A stretch of 64,000 bases of DNA, from the NCBI GenBank assembly GCA_951406725.2, contig OX597822.1:41850001-41914000 (forward strand), read 5' to 3'. The notes below the pieces were generated by a model that had not been told where the DNA came from, made no database searches, and saw only the letters and a program-made list of their open reading frames with translations. A program made the position numbers and the translations under genes. Shown here piece after piece: positions 23,650-37,434 of this stretch. The DNA comes from Octopus vulgaris (Eukaryota). Within the stretch, counting starts at the first letter, position 1; every line of letters starts with the position of its first letter.

Positions 23650-26600
23650 TTAAGCAGTTTTCTAATTCCTTTCATCTGTCTGTCTTTTAGGATTTGAGTT
23701 TGACTTCCAGACCAACATGCTACTGAGGTCCCATAAAATTGTCCTTAATTAACAGTACAACCTTAAAACTCAAATGTGTATCTAAATACATATTATAACT
23801 AATGACTGTTTTCCTTTACTAATTAAATCTGTTACATAACCAGTTGGGTATGTTTAGAGGGAGATTTGACTGTTATATCTTGCTAGTCCAGCATTCATAT
23901 ACTGACTCCTTATAGCGGCAGCGGTGGTGGTGGTGGTGGTCCAGTTTTCATCTGTTAGCATCTGTACAATATTACTACATCTGCTTTGTGCCCTCTTGAT
24001 TTTGTACCCCAGGTGGTCTACCAACTATTTACCTATTTAACACATGTAACTGTGGGAAAACAGATGGGGATCAGACAATTTGAACTTATAGAATAAAACA
24101 TTACTTACAGTTCTAAAAAAGGGTTTGTGTTGATATCATATATTTTGTACCATAAATAAAGGTTTCAAGTTCATATCAAAGCAAGGTCTGCAATTTTACT
24201 CTTTTATCAAGTTTGTTTTGGTTTACTGGTTTGATTTGGAGAGAGGGGCTTGGCCCATAACCTTCAAAAGCCCTCTGAGACTAGTGAAATCTTAACGGAG
24301 TGGCTGAGCCTTGACTTTTCCTCTTGAATATTGTTGTATATTGTATGTGGCAGGAATGACATGAGACCAGCTAGAGCCAAGAAACAGATTCCACTGTAGC
24401 AGCAGGAGAAAAGGTTGGGTGAAGTGGCATCATATTTATGAGACAAAATTTGGAGAGTGTCTGTGAGTCAGTTATGAAATGTAGTGAAGCTTAATATTGT
24501 TAACATATTCTAGAGAGTCAAGGCAATGGATGGTAGAATTGGTAAAATATTACCCTAGAAATATTTACCTGGATGTAAGAAATTTCTCTCTCTCTTTTTT
24601 CTCTATTGCTGAACAATTAATGATCTAAGATGTAAACGATATCAAGAATACCTTCTAAACTATAAACTATTTTCCCTTTATAAGAAGTGTCTAACTTTGT
24701 AGAATGTTGAATTTAGCTTAATTTATTAGCCGAAGTTGTTCCATGCTGATGATTGCAAAGCAGGATGAGATAGCACTAGACATGGCAAGCAACTACTTGA
24801 AACTTTAAGATCTTTATACTGTGCAAATAAAAAAAAAACACAAAAAAAATGTATTAAATGTGTATACACTTCACACCTTCTTCTTTATTCTTTGATGTAA
24901 AGTTCAGACTTTCAAATCTACTTCGACAACTTAATCTAGAAAAATATAATAGTTAATCACCAGGGACACACCATGTGATTGAACAAAATGATTTACAGCA
25001 TTTATTGCCATGCTATGAGTTCAAATCCTGGTAGAGCCAACTATGTCATTCATGCTCCTAGGATCAGTAATTTGCTGGGGTCACACTAATCAGCTATGCT
25101 CTCCTGTAGGTGTGAAACCTTATACTTTTGTTAGAGAGTAATGTATTATAGAAAAGTATGGATATCACAGTTTCTTGTTTTTATTTCTCAATCACTTCTC
25201 AGATCCCTGCTTAATATTGTTGATGTTGTACCTAATGTGGGCAGAGTATTAAAGCTGACCTTTTGTTTTTGTCTCTGAGGCTAAGACCAGAAGATGGGTT
25301 GATGAAGGATGGTTGTGATGGCTGTCTGATCCAGTGGCCACCTCTTAGTCATAGAACAAGGTCACATTAATAAGGAGGAAAATATTTCTTCCTTCTTAAA
25401 AGCATTTGACCCTTCGAAAGAAAGCAAGCAAATGATGATAACTATTGCAGAAGATTGACAGAATTATTAGCACACCAGACAAAATGTTTTGCAGTGTTTA
25501 TTCCAGTTATTTATGTTCTGAGTTCAAATCATGCTAAGTCAAGTTTGTCTTTTATCACTTGGAGTCAATAAAACAAGGTACTAGAGCTGATGTAGTTGAC
25601 TCCTCCAAATTTGTGACCTTATGCCTATATTAGGAACTGAAAGAAGAGAGGTGTTTAGTCAATTTTAGTACTTCATTGCTGCTGTGTTTTATCTAAGGAG
25701 AAGAGGCCAAGTCAATCTCCACTGCTTTATGAATAAATAATTCACTTGTGATATTTGTTCTGTGTCAAATTACAGACACTCTCTATCACTGTTGCTGCCA
25801 GAAATACTGTGAGCCAGAAGGTGGTTAATTTGAAACAGTGAACCAGTGGTTGGTCCATTATTGGAGATCTGTAATCAATAACAATATTGTTCACCAACTG
25901 TAATATAAAATTTAAAAAAGAAAAATAGATAAATGAATTCTACTTTCTCTAATATTCTGCTGATTCGATCATACCACAACAATGACAATGATGATTTTGA
26001 TGATGATGATTTCTTTGAAGAAAACTAAGGGAAAGGCTAGAAACTATATAGAAGTGAAGTGAAAACTTAATATAGAATAATAGATGTGAATATCTGTATA
26101 TGGAATTAAGGAGTATATCAGGGATCTTCCCAAGGAAGTGTCTCTATTCCAGTGTCTCTATACCAGTGTCTCTATACCTACTCTTGTCTGTGTCACAAGA
26201 GATAGCCTAAACTATATATCATAAATTTAATCTTAAATCAGGATATCTCACTCCACTCATGCTCAATTGGCACTCAAAGAAAATGATGTGGATCTTATTG
26301 AAGAAGGTGGAGAATCTGACCTCAACCATTTTTTAATTCACAAAGATGTGGAGGATGGAGTGGAGTGGAGTTGTGTAATAACAACTGTTTTTCTGTTAGA
26401 ATCCAGATAAGAAAATAATTGTCTTTGGGAATGTTGGAATTCTGGAAGAATTAAATGTTAAGGAAATTTGAGAAAAAACTGTCTGCTAAGATATTATTGA
26501 GATAAATGGTTCATCATTCTGGCTTCTTCCTGCAAGATTTGGTTTCAATGTGTGGATAGTTTGTAGTTCGTTCACCTCTATTTGATGTGAAATCTTGATG

Positions 26601-27059
26601 TCTTCAAGCAAATACTGTGCGTGTAGGAGGGTGTTGTATATGTGTTTGTCTGTGGTTATGTGTACAGGTTTGTGTGTGTGTGAGGTAAGTTATTTAACTG
26701 TAGGTACAGCTAGTTGTTCTGTAAAGAATAATGGCATGATATCATGTGTAGCATATTCCTTATAGGTTGACACAAGATGGTGTTCATCTGTTTTAGGTGG
26801 ACACACAGACAGACATACAATGATGTTTGGTTGTTTTCAGTGGCTGTGTTCAACATTAATTTTGTCCAACTCCTCAGTCTATCTCATTGATGTCACATGT
26901 TTACATAAACACTCACTCTCCCTCTTTCTTTCATTCTCTTTCTGTCTATTTTTCTCCTGCTAACTAACCCCTAGTAACTACTGAGAGTGGATTCGATATG
27001 ACAACCTTTCGTATGTCATCATTCCACTGACTTTTAGGATATTTATCCTTCAGTTTTAG

Positions 27060-27387
27060 GTGTTGGGCCTCATGAAGGCAAAGTGGTTGAATTCTTTTCG
27101 AACATTGGGCCTCATGGAGGCAATGACCGAGACCTTCGGCATTATGTCATACTTGACTCATCAAACCGAGCAAAATCACAGTCATGGAAGTTACCTGTGT
27201 CACACAAATTGGCACCTGTGCCGGTGGCACATAAAAGCACCCCAGTGTTAGGAAGGGCATCCAGCCATAGAAAACCATGCCAAATCAGACTGGAATCTGA
27301 TGCAGCCTTCCAGCATGCCAGCCTGGTTGAACCATCCAACATATGCCAGCATGGGCAACGGATGTTAAATGATGATGATGATGATGA
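27060..27387 (+). mobile_element. RTE-type LINE 3' end (family D)
   Basis: LGLMEAMTE remnant, GTTAGGAAGGGCATCCAGCC tail and (GAT)n end. Confidence 0.8.
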
Positions 27388-27955
27388 AGTTTATCTTCTC
27401 TGATATCCATTTCAATCATATTTCTTTCCTTTGCCAGTATGTTGTTCTTCTTCAATCATATTCTACTTCACGTTGCCCAAACTTGTTAAAATCACAGGAT
27501 TTTAAAAAGAATTTCAGCATTATATTCTTATGTACTTGGGAGTTTCAATTTGTTGCTTGGTTTTAAGATTTAATTTAACTTTAGTTGCAACAAGATGATG
27601 GTTGCCGATGCAGTTAGCATTTGAATTAGTCCTATCAGAACACTTCCATTGCAGTTGGACCATGAAGTAGGCTATCTGTAACCCCTATATGAACCTTACT
27701 ACAAATACAGGGATTTCACTCAATTTACATTTCATTCACCTTCAGTTCAGTCAAAAACTCTTATGTTCCCACAGATTAATGTGTTAGGAGCTGTAATTAT
27801 TAACCTTATAATTACTTTATATACACACATACACAAACACGTGCGTGCACACATACACACACACACAACAAACGCATATATGTATATGTAGGTATGGATA
27901 GCTTGTTAGACAGACAGACAGACTTGCAGGCAGGCAGACCGACAGACTGTGTGTT

Positions 27956-27986
<31 letters not shown>

Positions 27987-27999
27987 GTAATTAATCAGA

Positions 28000-28175
28000 A
28001 AATGGAGAAAAAAAGAACAACATGCAAAAAACAACAACGCGAGGACGTGGTACATGCAAAGTATTAATAAGACGCTCAGAGAAGGAAAGAAAGGGTGTTT
28101 TACATTTCAAGCAAAACTCTTCTTCAGTAACAGGAGACAGAGGGAAGTCCCAGAGAAAAAGAAGTCCATGTGTGG
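28000..28175 (-). mobile_element. Penelope-like terminal-repeat fragment with hammerhead motif at 28096-28132
   Basis: Minus strand reads TGTTA CTGAAGA A GAGT TTT GCTT GAAA TGTA AAACA. The downstream CTGAGCGT motif is also present after the 11919 copy. Confidence 0.6.
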
Positions 28176-29228
28176 TTACATTTTGGAATGTGTGTGTGTG
28201 TGTGTGCAACATTTACAGTATATATAAAACATACAAGTGCGCATGCACACACACACACATGTATCCACATAACACAACAATCCATACATACACATGTCCA
28301 CACAACAACAATACACAACAACAATACACAACAACGTGTGTGAGTTATGTATTTTGATTGATATCTGTGTTGTTTAAAAGTAAGGTAAATTAAATTATAG
28401 AATCTTTTACACAGAACCATGTTTCTAAATTGTTAAATTGTGTCTGTATATGAAAATGAGAGTGTTTTTATTTAGCCACAGGTCATGTTGATCAGGAAGA
28501 CCCTAATAAACCAAGGATTGTATGTGTTCCATTTTTAAGGTAGTAAGGTGCGAGTTAAGGAAGATTTAGCTGCTATTTTGTATCAGGTCAAGCCATTACA
28601 AGGGACTTTCTCATAAGCTGGTGGCCAAGTAGTGACTGAGACAGAATTTATGTTGAGCAAGATAGACTTAGCTCTAATGGTTGCTAGAAACAGCAGCTAA
28701 TTCTCTCTCACATCAAATACTAAAACAAAAGGAAAATACATTTCACGATATACTGTGGGATTTGTTGAAACAGACAGGGTAGTCATGGCTAGAGTGTCTT
28801 TAATCATGGGTCTATTTGACCAGGGCTGACCTTGTGCATGTATGGAGGGTTACACAATGATAACTGTGTGTGTGTGCGTGCATGCATTACTCCTGAAAAC
28901 TGTTATATTATGTGTATAATGTCAACCTATAATGTTATGTTGTATGTTTAATGTATTTATGTCTGTGTATATGTGTGTGTGTGTGTGCATAGTGGGGGTC
29001 TCAGTGTACTGTGGACATCTGTACTTTACACACCCTGTATTGTTATGTGTATGTATGTATGTATGTATATGTATAAGTGTGTGTGTATGTGCACTTGTAT
29101 GTTTTTATGCATACTGTAAAAGTTGCACACACGTTTGTGTGTGTGTGTAACCCTCTCTATTCATGTGACTATATCTGTCAGTACATATGACTGGCAATCA
29201 TTGTGCATGTATGGAGGGTTACACACAA

Positions 29229-29269
<41 letters not shown>

Positions 29270-29987
29270 ATGTGTGTATGTAATGAACATCACATACACA
29301 CGCTTTTGATGTGTGTGTGTATGTGTGATCCCTGTAAAACATCCTACATTTCCCCTCTCCTGTTATTTCAATCAACATTCAAGGAAGAAAGAAGGTTTCT
29401 CTGTCATATTCCATGTTTCCGTCTTTCATAATGTTAGTTTGTGGTGTATATACATGTGTGTGTGTGTGTCTGTCTGTTTATGTGTGTATGTGTGCAGTTA
29501 TAAAGAGTAACACAGTGTGTGTGTATGTGTGTAGACAAAAACTCTGTGTGTGTGTAGGCTGTATTTCTGTATTCTTTGGTGAGCATAATGTTTGTATATA
29601 GGTTGTACATATGTTTAGTTTAGTAAGTATACATACTATATGTCTATATTATGCAATGAGATATGTGTATAAGCTGTGTGTGTGTGTGTATGTATGTATA
29701 TATATATATGTGTGTGTGTATGTATTTATATATATATATATATGTGTATGTGTGTGGGTGGGTGTATGTTTGTGATAACAAATACTGCCATATGTGGACT
29801 TTACCTTAATATAGATTTCACTTTCTAAGCAGAAACATGCATCAACACACACACACACACACAATCACAACATGCATTTATAACACCATACATATACAAC
29901 CAATACTTACATACATATACGCACGCACGAATGTTGCTATGCTATTCTACACATGGACACAATATGACTTCAGCATATTTTACAGAT

Positions 29988-30035
<48 letters not shown>

Positions 30036-30816
30036 ACACACACACTCATTATCACATGTATCTTTTGCAGATATTGTACCATTCTTCTTCATCGTCATTA
30101 ACACTCAACCATTATTTCACACAACTACTACCACCACCACTATTTATATATATATATATATATATATGTATGCCAGACATTGCACCATTCCATAAACTAA
30201 AGTAAAGCTGTAGATTCAAAGTTCATATCCCACTGTAAGCAGTATATAATGTTCTTAAACAAGACACTCTACTCACTTCCAGACACCATCAATGCAGTTT
30301 TTTTTCTGCTTGTTGCTTAATTTTTTGCCGCCCCCAATCCACCAGAAAATACAAGCTCAATGAAATTCCATCCTTGAAAACACTCCTTTTTTTTTTTTTT
30401 TTTTTATTTGGAATAGTGTCTCTAGGACTACATCACTCCATGTGTCCTTTTTTTAATTTTTCTTAAACTGTGTGATTTGAGGGATATTTGGTTTTCATTT
30501 TCTGCAGCTTGAGTGAGATTCCATTGTGAGGTGGCTAATAACATGAGTGTTGTTTAGTTCTGCTGTGGTTCTGAACCAGGTACCACTCAAAGTTCCTCAT
30601 TATGTCAGCCTTACTTGATTAGACATTCTCATTAAACGACTATTGACCACCCTGTCAAAAAGAGACAAGCCAACAACCTTTCTATGAAACAATGACTATA
30701 ACTGATGAAATACAGCGAATAGCATTTAGCAAGTATGTGTATGTACATGTGTGCGTGTATGTGTGTGTGTGTGTGCACATGTGTGTGTGTGTGCACGTGT
30801 GTGTGTGTATGTGTAC

Positions 30817-30860
<44 letters not shown>

Positions 30861-31004
30861 AAGAAAGAGAGAGAGAGAGACAGTTGACTCTCATAAATTT
30901 CTAAGTGCAAAAGCCTAGAACTATAGGATAGAACTGGTGAAAAAATCTAGACTAAGTTTCCAACCTTGGCAATTGGCTAAGAATCTAGGAAGCTGTTCCT
31001 TTCG

Positions 31005-31047
<43 letters not shown>

Positions 31048-31146
31048 TAAAACACATTGAACATTAACTATGTTAATTAGATATAAATATACTCAAGGAA
31101 GAAACAATATTAAATACTAATACTATGCTTCTTATTCAAGAGACAA

Positions 31147-31186
31147 TCCAGGAACATTTCAGTCTTATTTAGCCTCATCAGTGAAA
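31147..31186 (-). ncRNA. Degenerate hammerhead motif, same family as 1723-1765
   Basis: TTTCA CTGATGA GGCTAAATAAGACT GAAA TGTTCCTGGA; both core boxes are intact. Confidence 0.5.
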
Positions 31187-32990
31187 CACAGATAGAAAGG
31201 GCATCCAGCCATAGAAACCATGACAAAACAGACAAGGAGCCTGAACAGCCTTTCAGCTGGTCAGCTCCTGTCAAACTTTCCAACCCATACCAGCATGGAA
31301 AACAGACATTAAATAATGATGGTGATCATGATGATCATGAATAATTAGCATATTTTTATAAATAAATTAGAGAAATTATCTCAGGGACATTCACTGCATG
31401 ATCACTAACTTAACTTTTATTTCTCATAAATGCTGCTGCAATTTCTCTTAAAAATTTATTATATTCACAAGATGTCAATCATCGAAAGACAGATGACCAG
31501 ACCCCAGTTATTCTTATTCGAAACACTTGATCTGGGTGTGTGAGTTGTACAACTTGGATCAGTTTTAATGGCTGTGTAGCTTGGTCACCTTTGATGGTTA
31601 TGTTTGTTGTTGATTGCCTTGGTTTTTTGTTGTACAGCCTTCACCATCACCTGGTGAAGCTTGCTTGGACATTTTTAACCCATACACACTATCCATCTCA
31701 GTCCTACATTAGTTGAGGGAGGTCTTCAGGATGGCATCCAGTGTCTCTGGTGAGTTGAACTGTATATGTTGTGTTCATACGACCTGCTCAAGTACTGCCA
31801 TACTGTGGCATCCATAGCCGCAGGTCACTTGCCAGCTCCTATTTAGCTCACCAGTAACGTCCTGCAAAGCAAAAGTGCTTTTCTCTTATAATGGTGGAAA
31901 CAAGCAGGTGATCTCTATACAGCTGTTTTTTTGGTGGGATGAGTTCTCCATTATATATTTAAGACTGATCTTAACATGAATCAGTTTCAATCCATGTAAC
32001 CCTCTCCAATGCTTAGAACATGTAAGAATGACATAGATAAGTATTACAGCTGGGATATATCAGACATCAGTGAGTTGCGACTATAGAGTACATCAAGACA
32101 TAATATAGTTTTTCTCACAGTGGTAAATACGGGTCATAATGTTTGGAAAGGAGTTGGACAAATTGCCGTGTTTAATAAAATTAAGCCAAGGGTTTCCAAC
32201 TTTTTTACACTTGTCCAACACCATTGCAAAGAAGAAAGAATTTTTATGGATGCCAACTCTATTTTATTTTCTCATTTATAAAGGGGGAGGTGACAAAAAA
32301 TTCACTTGTATAAGGAGGGGGATAAGATTTGTCAAATTGACAACTTTTGGCATAAAATACAGAATATCATAGTGAAAGTATGTCACAAGCAATGCACTGT
32401 GACATAGTGTACAGCATACATATATAATCACAAACACTTACACTCACAGACAGACATGCATTAGTTGAATGTATGGTGCACAGTCTGTGTGTCTGTGTTG
32501 CACATATGTGCATGTCCTACCCTTTCTATTCCCTTCCCCACCCTTCACACTTCTTTCCATGTCCTTATTTAGCTAACAATGTCTACTTTCAGACATACCC
32601 CAATAAACTCTGTCATATGTTAGGGGTGGGGGTGACAAGCAGGGTGTATATTTACCATTTACTTCCTGCTGTGTGTATGTATACACACATGTGGAGTGTG
32701 TATATGTCCCACACAGACCCTTCAGCTGTAGTAAACTCCCTCCTGAACCCCTCCCCCACCTGACCCACTGTCCCCTCCACTCTTATTAATTTATTACAAA
32801 CAAATGAACCAGATGTTGTTGTTATGTCAGTTGAAGCCTTCAATTCAGGACAGAGGAAGGGTGCACAACGGTTGCTTGCGACTGTAGATATTGGTCCCCT
32901 ATCTATTTATTCAACTGTCTATCTATGACTGTCTAGACAGCTAACTTTGCAACTATTCATCTATCATCATAGCTCGCTCTCTCTCTCTCG

Positions 32991-33042
<52 letters not shown>

Positions 33043-33439
33043 CTGTATGTATATATCATCATCGTCATCATTACTTTAGTGTCCCTTTTCCATGCTTGCA
33101 TGGATTGGACAGTTTATTGAAGCAGATTCTCTACAGCTGGATACCCATCCTGTTCCCAACCCTTGCATGTTTCCAAGGAAGGTAATATCTCCTTATGGTT
33201 GGACATGTTTTCACAGAATGTTGGAAATGAATGACAATGCTTGTGTGACAATAATACTCATTTCCAACTGATGCATACACACATATGACATATACGTACA
33301 CACACACACACACATAGATGATGGATTTCTTTCAGCTTCCATCTACCAATTCCACTTGCATGGCATTTGTTGGCCAGAGGCCAGACACCTACCCAGTCAC
33401 ACACACACCCACACATACATACACACGTGTGTGTATGTA

Positions 33440-33742
33440 TCGAGCGTGGTCGTTGCCAGTGCTGCCAGAAATGCTCCCATGCAAGTAGCACATAAAAACA
33501 CCTTTTGAGCATGGTCGTTGCCAGAACCACCTGACTGGCCCTTGTGCCAGTGGCACATAAAAGCAGCCACTACACTCTCGGAGTGGTTGGCGTTAGGAAG
33601 GGCATCCAGCTGTAGAAACTTTGCCAGATCAGATCGAGCCTGGTGCAGCCTCTGGCTCACCAGTCCTCAGTCAAACCGTCCAACCCATGCCAGCATGGAA
33701 AGCAGACGTTAAACAATGATGGTGATTATGATGATAATGATA
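33440..33742 (+). mobile_element. RTE-type LINE 3' tail (family D)
   Basis: GAGTGGTTGGCGTTAGGAAGGGCATCCAGCTGTAGAAAC...CATGCCAGCATGGAAAGCAGACGTTAAAC followed by GAT-rich end. Confidence 0.85.
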
Positions 33743-34198
33743 TATTGTTGGCATCTTTTTTGTTTCTGTCTCAGCCTTCTGTTTCCTATACTTAGACTTC
33801 TCCACTTGTCTCAGTGATGTTCCACTAACATACAGAGTTCACCAAGATGGTTTTCTTGAGAGAACTAATGTGTTAGTTTTTACAACACTAATTCTCATCC
33901 TTGTTTATTTAACCTCCTCTTTCCTATCTATTTATGTCTCTCAAACTTCCTACCTCTCCGTCTTCCATGCACCCTCTCCTATTCTCCAGCCATTTATCTC
34001 TCCTTCCCTGCCTCTCCCTATTAAATCCAGACCCAATATAGCTTATCAATTTGTTATCAATGGGTGAACAAACTCACAACCGTTAGATCATAACATTATT
34101 ACATCTTGTATTGTACAAAATGCCAGTTCTGATTACAAGCTTAACAACACCAAGGTGAAATAGATTATTGATCCTTTAAAGGCAAGATGGATATAGAT

Positions 34199-34580
34199 GC
34201 AGGATTAGCTGTGTGGTAAGAAGTTTTTCTTCCCAACCACATGGTTTCAGGTTCAGTTCCACTGCATGGCACCTTGGACAAGTGTCTTCTAGTATAGCCT
34301 TGGGTAACCAAGTCCTTGTTAATGGATTTAGCAGAGGAAACTGAAAGAAACCTGGTGTATATGTGTGTGTGTGCATGTGTGCACAGATGTGTGTGTTCCC
34401 CACCACCATTTGACAACTGCTGTTAGTTTGTTTACATCCTAGCAATACAACAAGAGAAACTAATAGAGTAAGTGTTAGACTTTAAAAAAAATAAGTACTG
34501 GAGTCAATTTATTTGATTAAACTCTTTTAGTGCTCCAGCATGGCCGCAGTCCAATGACTGAAGTAAGTAAAAGATAAACA
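34199..34580 (+). mobile_element. SINE family A
   Basis: Head-to-tail match to the other family A copies. Confidence 0.85.
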
Positions 34581-34653
34581 ATAAAGTATACAGAAACCAT
34601 TATATTACTTGTACAGATTCTATTTTGAGGATTCTAGACCTAGAATTGTAGAC

Positions 34654-34862
34654 CAGGGGTGTAGCTAGGGTAAATGGCATCCAGGGCAAGCATCATAATT
34701 GCACCCCCACCAAAAAGTTGAAAAGCATAGAAAAAATGAATAACTGGTTTTATTAATGGATTAATTAGAAAATGATTTTGATCAAAATTGCGCCCGCCCC
34801 CATCCCTCAGAGTTGCATCCAGGGCATGTGCTCCGCTTGCCCCACCCTAGCTATGCCCCCTG
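34654..34862. mobile_element. hAT-like MITE
   Basis: TIRs CAGGGGTGTAGCTAGGGT / ACCCTAGCTATGCCCCCTG; 8-bp flanks TTGTAGAC/ATGTCGAC. Confidence 0.8.
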
Positions 34863-35429
34863 ATGTCGACATATCTAGTTCTTGATGTTCTACAGTAGAG
34901 ACTGACAGTGACGGACCAATTTTATCATTGGCACTGTTCCTTTATTGACTGTCAAAAAAACAAGGAATCAACAGATCTTTTGTTCAGTGGGGGATGAGGA
35001 TCTTTGAGATTGCTGTTTAGCCCCAGTTTAGCGCTTATTCAACAGATCTATAATTAAAGATATGCCAATTGTGAACATTCAAATATAGTACGGCTGGAAC
35101 TATACTACCCACTGCATCATTGTTTTTTACTGACCGTAGATTATGATTATGAGATTTGGCTGTTATTTCTAGCAGGTCAAGTAGCCACAGAAGCTCTTGG
35201 TTTTAGTCCATTCCTTTCCAGCTACAACCAGCATACCTTTTTCCCCAAACAGTGTAACTAGGACTACATTATCTAATGTGACCTTTCTTTTTTAAGACAG
35301 TAGCACATACTATGAGGAATATTTCATTGCTATTTCTAGCGAACCAGCTGACTATGACTATGAAGATCCGGCTTCTCTATATCCTCCCCTCACCCACCCA
35401 TCCCTGAGAGACCCTTGTCGCTGACTCCT

Positions 35430-35461
<32 letters not shown>

Positions 35462-36301
35462 TCTGTTGTCAAACTAGAACTGTCAGTAACTTTACAGCTG
35501 AACACTATTCTGGGAAGGCAAGCATCATCACCATCACCATGGCTCCCTTCCTTTCCATTTCTCTCCACATCCTTCTTACACATTCCTTACTCTCACCACC
35601 ACCACCGTCACAACAGCTAATACTAATCTATTTTTATCTTTCAGATTTACATTTCTGATAGATAGGCTCCCTTTCTCTATCCTCCTTCATGCTACCACCA
35701 CCACCACTACAACCCATCTGTGCCTTTCACCCAACACAGACTTTACCATTGTTGTTGTTGTTGTCTCTAAGAATTCTGACAAATGGTTTCTATTCCTCTC
35801 CATGCCCCCCCCCCTCACCAACATTTGTTGCATCTTCATCCTTCTGTTCCTCCATCTATGCTCCAGTTGAGATACTGTCTTTAGGTGGGGTAGTGGGGGT
35901 GGGGTTACTACGATAGTTTATGATAATGGTGGTGGTGGTGCTTATCTGCTGTCATTTGTATCTCATTCAGTAACAGCAACCATAACAGACAAACACATAC
36001 ATACATATATACATACACTGACCCACAAACACACATACATATACTGACCCACATACATATGCACATACACACACTGACCCACATACATATGCACATAATG
36101 CACATACATACACACACACACTGACATACATTATCTTTATCATTTTGTGTATTTACAAGAGAAGCTTTGTACATCGTAGATTTGTATGTGTGTGTACCAT
36201 CATCATTATCCTCCTTATCATCATCATCATCATCCAATGTCCATTTTCCATGCTGACATGGGTTGGACAATTTGACATGATCTGGCAAGCCAAAAGGCTG
36301 C

Positions 36302-36340
<39 letters not shown>

Positions 36341-36401
36341 TAAAACAGTAAGATAACAAAAGAAAGAAAGAGACCTCAATATTATGTAAATAGAGGAAAT
36401 T

Positions 36402-36537
36402 TATATATAAAATAATATGTTACATTACTCAATAGTCAAGATAGAACTCTGAGTTTCAGATGCCGAAGTGGGAATCCACAACGCCATCTCTTCGGTTATC
36501 TGGCTATCTATCTTGACTATCGAGTAATGTAACATAT

Positions 36538-36550
<13 letters not shown>
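36402..36550 (-). repeat. 44-bp inverted repeat enclosing a hammerhead-like motif (36439-36501)
   Basis: Arms 36402-36445 and 36507-36550 differ by one mismatch. The minus strand reads AGATAA CCGAAGA GATGGCG...CGGCATCT GAAA CTCAGAGTT CTATCT. Confidence 0.75.
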
Positions 36551-36590
<40 letters not shown>

Positions 36591-36595
36591 TGTCG

Positions 36596-36958
36596 AGTGG
36601 CTGTGTGGTAAGTAACTTGCTTACCAACTACATGGCTCTGGGTTCAGTCCCACTGTGTGACACCTTGGGCAAGTGTCTTCTATTGTAGCCTCGGGCTGAC
36701 CAAAGCCTTGTGAGTAGATTTGGTAGATGGAAACTGAAAGAAGCCCATTGTATATATATACATATGTGTGTGTGTCTGTGTCTGTCCCCCCACCATCGCT
36801 TGACAACCAATGTTGGCATGTTTACATCCCCATAACTTAGTGGTTTGGCAAAAGAGACTGATAGAATAAGTACTAGGCTTACAAAGAATAAGTCCTGGGG
36901 TCGATTTGTGCAACTAAAGGTGGTGCTCCAGCATGGCCACAGTCAAATGACAAATAAA
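36596..36958 (+). mobile_element. SINE family A
   Basis: GAGTGGCTGTGTGGTAAG...CCAGCATGGCCACAGTCAAATGAC. Confidence 0.9.
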
Positions 36959-36961
36959 TAG

Positions 36962-37039
<78 letters not shown>

Positions 37040-37385
37040 ACAAAAACAAAGGATGGAACAGGCTACTAAACATGTTTTTATCATATATTGTTCATTTTTT
37101 TTGTCACATGCAGTAGCTGCATAAATGCTTGAAACTTACTGACTTCCTACACATGGATCTCTGGATCATACTTACCTATTTACTCTATACATATACATGT
37201 GTGTGTAGTGTTTCCAAAAAAATTGTATACAAATTGAATGTTTATAAAGACAATGTTTACTAAAATACATTTAATTTTCAAAATTTAACAGAATCTACAC
37301 ATTAAACTTGATTTTATTATGAATGTATGTTTTCAAACTGATGACAGTTCAGATCCAGGAACTGCTAATAACATGAATCAATGGA

Positions 37386-37434
<49 letters not shown>

